A stretch of DNA of 64,000 bases, taken from Peribolospora baueri. Lineage: Eukaryota. The DNA is taken from NCBI GenBank assembly GCA_029717555.1, contig JAMDHS010000038.1, positions 124,001 through 188,000 of the forward strand, written 5' to 3'. The translations under genes and the position numbers were made by a program. Below are positions 55,820 through 64,000 of this stretch, piece by piece; the stretch's first letter is position 1; every line of letters starts with the position of its first letter. The notes below the pieces were generated by a model that was given only the letters and a program-made list of their open reading frames with translations, made no database searches and was not told the DNA's origin.

Positions 55820-56245
55820 GCGATGTACGCGCTGTCACGTATATACACATTCACACGTGCCTTCGCGCTGGAGAGCAACAAGTCGCATCCGTAACGACTT
55901 GCGCCCGTCCCCGATGAAGACTCGCTCGCCCCTCACGAAAATAAATGAGCTTTTCCCGGGCCGATACTTGTTCGTAACCGAGTTGCCCATCGACAATCCT
56001 ACGATATTCTCATGCGAGAGAGTAGACGATAGACACTGGGACACCGCGCCGGCGGCGAAGAAGGGCGGTGCCGCACGATCGGCTGCGGAACACTTTCCGC
56101 CAGGTCACAACCAACCCCCCTTCCATCCCGTCCATCTTCTAACCCCCCTTCGTTCGATAACAGCGGGAGACGACCGAAAGGAGGCGGCGCACGCAGGACG
56201 GCAGCACTTTCATCCGCTCCACCTCTTCTTGAACCTCGCACCGCC

Positions 56246-59200
56246 ATGACTGCCTCACCCTCGTCGCCTTCAGCGTCCCGCACCCTCCTAGATGCCCTCT
56301 CCAAGGTCCGACACGATGCCAGCATCTCGCTCGACTCTGGCGTCGCCGGTCTGTCGTCATCCTCGGACGGAGGAGGAGGAGAAGAGGAAGTTTGGCAAGG
56401 CGTCAGAAGAGAGGCCAAGGTTGTCGCTGATGCGCTCAGGACCGGTGAGCTAGCTACCAGGAGCATGACAATGCAGCCAAGGCGCTTTTCCTTCTTGCTC
56501 GTTGGTTTGGGACACTGGATTGACCATCCTCCGGCCACTTTGTCGTTGTCATTTCCAACCGTATCATTGTAGTCGATCTCCGAGGGCCTCTGGGAAAGAC
56601 GGACCTTCCGCCCACCGTCGTCTCTCTTCTTCGCTTGTCGTACCAAGCGTCCACGGAGCAGCAGGAACAGGTTAGGCTGGCTCAGATTGAGCTGTTAAGG
56701 GTCATCGCGAATTTGTGCATTGACGACGGTGAGAAATTGAGTGGGAGGACGATTTGCTATCCGAAGGAAATGCTGACGGGCTACGAGCGACGGTGTCACT
56801 CCTCACCCTCCTCGCCCTTTCTGCAGACGCAAATCGAACTGTCCTTCTGGACGCCTCTGCTCCAACCACGATAATCTCCTTCCTGGACACTGTCTTACGC
56901 TCCGCTGAGTTGGCCTCGGAGCCCCTGACTAGCGAAGACTTGCGGCTGTTCAAGACTGCCATTGGAGCAGTCTTGAACCTTCAACTCGATCATGGTGCGT
57001 GGCATAACTTTACGTCTTCTTCTCGTCGTATTTTCCAGCCAATTTTCTCTTTTCAAGCGTGCATGTCTGACACGCAATGCTTGATGTCTTCCAGCTCCGG
57101 TTCGAGACTCGCTCGTTACACCCACTTCCCTATCCCTCCTCCTCCGCACCGCCTCCTCTCCCAAAATATATACCCTTTCGCAGTGGGAGAAGACCGATGC
57201 TGGCTCGAAGCCGGCAAGCGAGGAAGAGGAGAAACTGCGAATCAAGCTCAGTCAGTCGATCAGCAGGTGGGCTTGGAGGGTTCTGGAGGATCTGTGCGGC
57301 TTGGGTGAGTGCAGGCCGCCCCCTGGCATTTTTTTCCCCGGAAAGCCTGAGTGTCGGGTGTCGAGTCCTTGTCCCTTCACCGCTGCTTCCCGCCCTACAA
57401 TGTTGTCTCAGATCTTCCTGAACTCTCCATTATCATTGTGTCTGGCTCTCCTTCCCTTCAGAGCAAGCGAAGGCAATTCTGCCGCAAACGTCGATCGCCC
57501 CGCTCTTCATTCCTCTGCTCCCCTACCTGCCCTCTGATGCAACTCCAACTACTACAACCGCGGCCGCCTCGCACCTGTCTCCCACTGCGACACTCCACTG
57601 GACATCAGAGGAGACGGAAGACCTGATCGAAGGCGACGCGGACGCGCTCCAGGTCGCTGCTGAACTAATCGAAGCCATGGCCCTCGACTCCGAGTCGTTC
57701 AGGCAAATGGCGATCCGCAAAGAAGGACTTCCCAAGGAAGCTGAAGAGAGCTGGGAAGGAGCGGATGGGTACGGGTCGGCGAGGAATCCCTTGGATCTCC
57801 TCATGGCGTTCCTTGACGTCGGCGCTTCTCCGCCCAGTTGGGGTCCCCTCTATCTCTCCTCTTCCACGACTCCCACTGCGACCACCGCCACCACCTCGGC
57901 AGCGGTGGAAACTTTGGAGAGCCCTTCTTCGGCCTCACAGAGCTCACGCCTTAAGACCTTTGCTTCCGTTAAGGCGGCCGTGGGGCGCGCCATCGTAGCT
58001 GTCGCGGGCGAGGACGCAAACATGGCGTTCCTGTTTGGCGAGGTAGCGGCGGACGGCGAGGCATCGAGATCGGACGGGAAGGGTTGGTTCGTGGAGAGGT
58101 TAAACGAGTGGCTTGGGAGGGACGAAGTGAGGGAGGTGAGGGATAGGAGGGAGGATCTTGCCGGCATCGCGTTGCTCGCTTTGGGCAATTTGGCCAGGAC
58201 GGGTGAGTACCGAGTGTCAGTTGACATCGGATGCACCAGTACTGTTTTCGCCGAGTCAAGTTTCCCTCACGCCTTTCATTCCGTTTCGTGTCATTCCGGG
58301 GTGGTCAAGACTCCCACTGCCTGGCTCTCGTTCACGAGCACGACGTGGTTCCCACGTTGGCCCGCATGCTCCGACGACCAGATTCAAACGTCCAAGTCCA
58401 GCACGGCCTTGTGGGCCTGCTTAAGAACCTGGCCATCCCGCCCGCCAACAAGAACGTAATTGGTCAATCCGGCGTTATCGAATCGGTAGCTCCGTTTTTG
58501 GGTAGAAAGAAGGACATGGTGCAGCCGCTACAGTTTGGAACTGTCGGCCTGCTGAAACATCTGAGCGCGGGCAACCTCCAGAACACGCTACGCATAGTGC
58601 TTCCCTCACCTGCCCTGCCTGACTTGACTGCGACCAAGCAGGGCGAGGAAGGGGACGAGGACGAGCCTTCGTCGGTGCTGGATCGCCTTCTCGATCTCGT
58701 GGAGCGGACTGACGACGTGCCTACGCGCATGGAAGGCACGCGCGTGTTGGTCAACGTCGTGAAGAGCCTTTGGTCGTCCTCTTCATCGGCCGCGACTGCC
58801 TTGCCGGTGGGAGGGAATGCACGGGAGGTCGCGACGGCCAAGGAGATAATGAAGCGGATGGAAGTGGTGAAGGGGCTGAGCGAGATGGTCAGACTGAGCG
58901 TCAAATACCCCGTTTTGGTCAACGAGGGCGTCTTAGGATTGACGTTGGTGGGCAGTGATAGGAAAGGAGGTGAGCGTCGTCTAGGCTCTGCGCAGGCTTC
59001 GGACCTTCGGCTTATCCCTGTCTCGCTTGATTGTCTCCCCTCATCCGCCGGCTTTCCCAGCGGCGCTCGTCCTCGCCGCCCTGGTTCAAGAGCCCCCTGC
59101 GTCGTCCGCGTCAGCCGAGGAGCGCGAGCGCAAGCCAAGGCAAGGGAGCATGGACGAAAGCGCGGGCTCGACTACTTCCCAACCCCCGCGGCCCACTTCA

Positions 59201-59530
59201 CTCGACACAATCATTGGCGTGTTGGAACGCAGCGACCCGAGGATGCCACCCCAATTCGCGCTCAACGCTTGCCAGATGCTGTCCTCGCTCGCTTCGGCCA
59301 CTCGAGATCCGACTGGAGGGAGAACAGTGGTAGTGGAGGAGGGAGATGACGAAGAGGCCAAGGCGATCAGGGAGGATTTGCAAGTGGTCAAAACCAAGGC
59401 CCAGGCGGCGCTGGTGGCTCTGTCCGGGTCTGAGGGCCGAGTAGAGGAGAGCCAGGGTCATGGCGCCGCGGCGGGTCAGGAAGTCAAGTCAGGAGCGAGA
59501 CGGGCTCTGCAGAAGTTGAGGGAGACATGA
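56246..59530 (+). CDS. ARM-repeat protein, SmgGDS/Bem4-like GTPase-binding factor
   Basis: ELLRVIANLCID...ANR, TAIGAVLNLQLD, LLALGNLAR.DSHC, GLLKNLAIPPANK, RTDDVPTRMEGTRVLVN, KYPVLVNEG. Confidence 0.75.
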
Positions 59531-60054
59531 CGGGTAGTGGGTGTGCTTCCGCTACCGCACTTTCGTTTGTCTTAGACTTGTTGCTATGCCTGGATTGCTG
59601 TTTGGACATCGTATACCGTGACAATGAGAATTTGATGGAAAGAATGTCGGGGTGCATAAGGAAGCTAGACGGCGCACTTATACTTCGTCCCCGCGTACAT
59701 GATGGTTTCAGGTATTGACGACAACATCTCAGAACATGCCATCCCGTCGATATCTTAATAGAGCTGATCACATTGATACCGCAACACATCACGACAGCGA
59801 AGCACTTGCCTGGGCTTCAAGATGATCCGGGCGCCGACTATTTTCTCACAGACCCACCAGACCATATTCGGTGACCACCATTGGCTCCTTTGGTGGAAGA
59901 ACGGAGTGCTCCAGCTTGTCTCTCTTCCAGTCTTTTTCGGGACACAGAAAGCTTCAGACAAGATGCTTTCCTACTTCCAGTTGCTGTGGTGTGCATCTCG
60001 TGTCTTGCAATAAAGAGTTGCCAAATGACGACAGGGCATGCATCGTGGGTATCT

Positions 60055-61546
60055 AGCTTTCCCCTCGTTCATCTACACTCTCCCGAATCCGCTGGCCGAG
60101 CTCCCTCAAAAAGCCCAGCCAGGCCCACCGTTCCCCGACCTCTGCCTCGTACCACCAGTTGACGCTGACGCACATCCCTTCATCCGTCGGAGAGCTCGCT
60201 CCCCGCCCCTCTCGCTCCTCCCACTTGTCGCCGCGCTGCTCGACGTGGTGCAGCCATCCGCTGGGCAAGTAGAGCATTTCTCCGGCTTTGAGGCGAATTC
60301 GAGCTGCCCGTCGAGCGTGCTGGAACCTTGGGAAAGGAACGTTGCGAGGGTGGGAGGCTGGTAGAAGAGGATCGACCGGAATCCATGGCGTGGGCGGGTC
60401 TGAAGCGCACATCGTCAGTCTCAAGTCGCTGCGACGCGTTGGCGGGTCGGAAGAAATGCGAGGCTCCCATCGTGCGATCGGATAGGGCGTGTCTAGTTGC
60501 ACGACAGTCCAGAGCAGGCACGACGCATGTGATGAGTGAGAAGACCCTCCTCCCTTCTGAAAGCTCGCCCTTACCGTCATGAAAAAAGTAGGCGTCTGTC
60601 GGCGCATACAAGGTGAAGATCTTTTCTCCCCGTATCACGCCGAACAGATTCTCGTAATGATCTCTGGAGAGGTTGCAACGCCGGTGGAAAGGGTGAACTC
60701 TCGGGTGCAAGGATCCTGGGCCGACGGGCGACGAAGATCTGGCAAGCTCAACAAACGCACCGATGCGAACTAGTAACGCTCCGACTGTCCCCTGCCCAAA
60801 AATTGACCGCCTCCGGCTTCTTGCCTCCCAGTGCTTCAGTGGCCCAATCGATATGCTCGTCAACATCTCGTGCCAACGGAGAGAACTCGGACGATAGGTT
60901 GTCATTTTGAGTTTGCAAATAGTAGACAAGCGAGTCGGACGAAGAAGAAGAAGAGGAGGCGAGGAGAGATAGAAAGGTGGAAAACGTCCTACAGAGGCCA
61001 AGCGGTAAATTTGTCAATAAAAACGACCATAGCGCTCCGCGGCCTAATCCGGACAATCGTCTTCCTCAGCTCACATGGTCTCCTCATGCGGCAGAGCGAA
61101 CACGGCCTGTCCGTCCTCCGTATGCCTGACGGAGTCAGCCCGACCGTCGGGAGTGACAGCCACCGTCAGCGGAGCATCACCCAACGTGCGCGCCAAGTAT
61201 TCGTTCGTCCATAGCGTTAAAGCGGGCATGTGCGAGAGGGCATCTGAGAAGCAATTAAATCGTATTGGCAAAAGTTCGCAAGACGCCACCCGTTCGTCCG
61301 TACAGATCGACAGAAGAGTTGCGACAGGGAAAGAATGACATGTGAGCGAGGGGCCTGTGCCAGACCGTACGGGGACGGTTGAGACTCACTCTTGATGATT
61401 GCTGGTCCGCCGGCCTTCACGACCCGGGCAAACTCGAGCGCAGTCGGCGGCTTGTCGAAGACGGGGATGTGCTCGCCACGGAGCTCGCGCGCCTCATCGG
61501 AGAGGGCGATGGTAGCTTCAAGGAACTGCTCTGCCGAAATGGACAT
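60055..61546 (-). CDS. JmjC (cupin-8) protein, JMJD7-like
   Basis: PPTALEFAR, VAVTPDGRADS, YYLQTQNDNL, PEAVNFWAG..SVTSSH|RDHYENL, GEMLYLPSGWLHHVEQ, VSVNWWY. Confidence 0.88.
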
Positions 61547-62179
61547 ATCTTCCCGGCGTGCGAGTATCTGATAGAGGCGAGTTGCAGGCGTTCCTAGTAA
61601 CCCTAACCGTTATTCGACGTCGACCTTGACGTCGATCATCCCTTCCCGTCGGGCACTCGGTCAGACACACGGTAAGAACATTAATGGTATCTACGTGCCG
61701 AAGTGCAGGACTACACTGTGATGAGATATGAGATTGCAAAGGGGGGAAGACCAAGAGTAGGCGCCGAGGATCGAATGGAAGGACCTGTCGCTTCGGCGCA
61801 GAACCTGATCGTAGAGATCCGCACAAGCCACCTACACTTCTTCCTTTCGCATTATCTCCTTCGGCAGCCACCGATCTCCCTTTCTCTCACCATGCCGAGT
61901 AACTAGACAGGCGGATACCTTATCGACGACGGGCGAATTTGCGCGAGACAAGACACGACGGGGCAGATTAGAACGACCAAAGATGGGAGACGACCGAGCT
62001 CCATAGCAAACCAGTACGTGCCGCAGCCAACGCTGCAACCCTAACCCTACTATTTGCTACTGTAGACCGTGAGAAAAACTTGGCAGTTCCAATCTTCGCG
62101 ATGGCTGTCCGATCCGCTTCTCAGCTGTCCACCGCTCTCAATATCGCCCTTCAAGATCTCAAAGGAGCAGCAAGTCGCA

Positions 62180-63452
62180 ATGGTGGGTGTCGTCAGCGCC
62201 CGTGCACTACGTATGGGAGGATGTATGAATGGGCTTTGGGTGGTGCTGGCTAAGATTGCGTTGACATTGGTGGATGTGGGAGCCTGAGGGAAGGAATAGT
62301 CGGAAGCAAGGTCGAAGGAGACGGGAGAGTGCGCTGACCGTGCTCCATTACCTCTTGTTCTCCCTCGCCATTTTATGTCATCCCCGTTGTTCGCATTCGC
62401 TTTCTCTGCACGTCCTACTCACATCGTGATCGACTTTGGATGCTTTGGATGGAACATGTGGTTGTTCGTGTGTTGGTGGTATAGGTCCGTTACGCCGCTC
62501 AGCACATCAACGAGGAGAAGTGTGAGTAATGGAGAGGTCATGTGGACGGAAAAACATGGCGGAGAGAGGGGGACGTCTGTGTTGTCATGCTCACGAGAAG
62601 CCTCGCTACCTCGCCTTACTACACATCAGCCTCCCGCTCCCGCGGCCAGTACCTTCGCGTGCACTTCAAGAACACGCGCGAGACGGCTGCCGTCCTCTCT
62701 GGCATGAAGCTCCAGAAGGCGTTCAAGTTCCTCGACGACGTCCAGGAGAAGAAGCAAATTGTGCCTTTCCGCCGTTTCAACGGCGGTGTTGGCCGTCAGG
62801 CTCAGGCCAAGCAGTGGAACACCACTCAGGGTGCGTTTCTTTCTCTGATGGACCCTTCGCTCCCATTCTGTTCCTTCAGCTCGCAGCTCATTAGTAGTAT
62901 CCTCGATGGTGCTCCGGACGCCTCGGCCCCATATACTTTCCTTCAGGTCGTTGGCCGCAGAAGTCGGCCAAGTTCCTCCGCGGTCTCCTCAAGAACGCGG
63001 AGGCCAACGCGGAGGGCAAGGGTCTTGACGTGGAGGACCTGGTCATTGCCAACATCTGCGTTCAGCAGGCTCCCGTGAGTATTCTTTTCAATTTACTTTA
63101 CTAAGTTCTTGTTCGGGCTTGCGGCCCGGCAGCCACACTGGGACTGATGTCTGATCTCATGGCCCTCGCTCGCGCTTCTTAGAAAACCCGCCGCCGCACC
63201 TACCGTGCGCACGGTCGCATCAACCCCTACCTTGGTCACCCTTGCCACAGTGAGTAATTCGTCTTTGCCCTTGGCACTTATCTTTGTCTCCGGAGTACCA
63301 ACCGTCTTGCTCCTGCTTGTCCCCACCCAGTCGAGATCCACCTCACCCAGCCGACCGCCGAGGTTCCCAAGGCTGCTGAGGAGACTGCTCTCGTCCCCCG
63401 CTTGAACAGGAGGCAGCTCGCGAGGAAGCGCATCGAGGCCTCTCGGGCGTAA
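62180..63452 (+). CDS. RPL17: 60S ribosomal protein L17 (uL22), ATG-only first coding exon
   Basis: M|VRYAAQ..., [53 protein letters not shown]. Confidence 0.96.
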
Positions 63453-64000
63453 GCCAGAGCGTCCATTCTTTGCTCTTTTCTGTCTCGCCCACCCTCTTTT
63501 GTTTCTCCTTCGGATGGGGCGTTCGCTGGGAGGGGACGTTCCCAAATGGGCCCCTATGCAACGTCATCTCGTTTCCCCCATGTACACCTACCTCCCAACC
63601 AGCATGCTCTGCCTCTTTCCTGAGGGGCGATCAAAAGTGTTTATCTCACCAGAATGCGCGTGCCTGCTCAGGGAAGCGAGGCAGCGAGTGAGCCTCGTCC
63701 ACGTGCCGGTGTTCAGGCGAGGGTTGGGTTAGTTCGCTCATGCCGCACGCGGTTGACTGATAGTTGGCTTAGCGTCGGTGTATACGGCGTGCAAGATAGG
63801 TAGGCTATGTGAGTCGAGATGTTAGGGGTTTGTGGTTTTGGTGTCCCTAGCGCTCCGCGAGAGAGGAAGGCACGGATGACATTCTCGTTGCTTCTCCACC
63901 GGACGAGGGGCGTTAGCCCTCTTTAGCCACACTTATCGCGAGACCAGTGTCACTGTCTACCGATACAGAGGTCCCAGCTCCCACATGAGCAAGGGCGTCG

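Overview
Intron-rich, GC-rich fungal genomic DNA; basidiomycete-like, inferred from intron signals and gene content. It carries about 19 spliced housekeeping genes, mostly in tight divergent or convergent pairs: an Aurora-like kinase 3' end, SelO/FMP40, a PalH/Rra1-like pH sensor, a TALE homeodomain transcription factor, a small mitochondrial-type protein, Rad60/Esc2, YCG1, ALG11, MSP1, a DUF1749-type hydrolase, a Bbc1/Aim3-like protein, a PhyH dioxygenase, PET112, ZPR1, COX6, uL10m, SmgGDS/Bem4-like, JMJD7-like and RPL17. The main finding is a 5.47 kb insertion (26236-31704) in the ALG11/MSP1 bidirectional promoter, flanked by a perfect 12-bp direct repeat (CCTCGTCTCAGG). It consists of a rearranged Tad1-like LINE with an (AATC)n tail, fused at its 5' end to about 1.4 kb of decayed dsRNA mycovirus RdRp sequence (Curvulaviridae-like by motif recall). 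This looks like capture of a non-retroviral RNA virus during one LINE retrotransposition event. A second accessory region (38.4-41.8 kb) is a large imperfect palindrome built from Ty3/gypsy fragments. Exon boundaries were read by eye and family calls come from motif recognition, not database searches.
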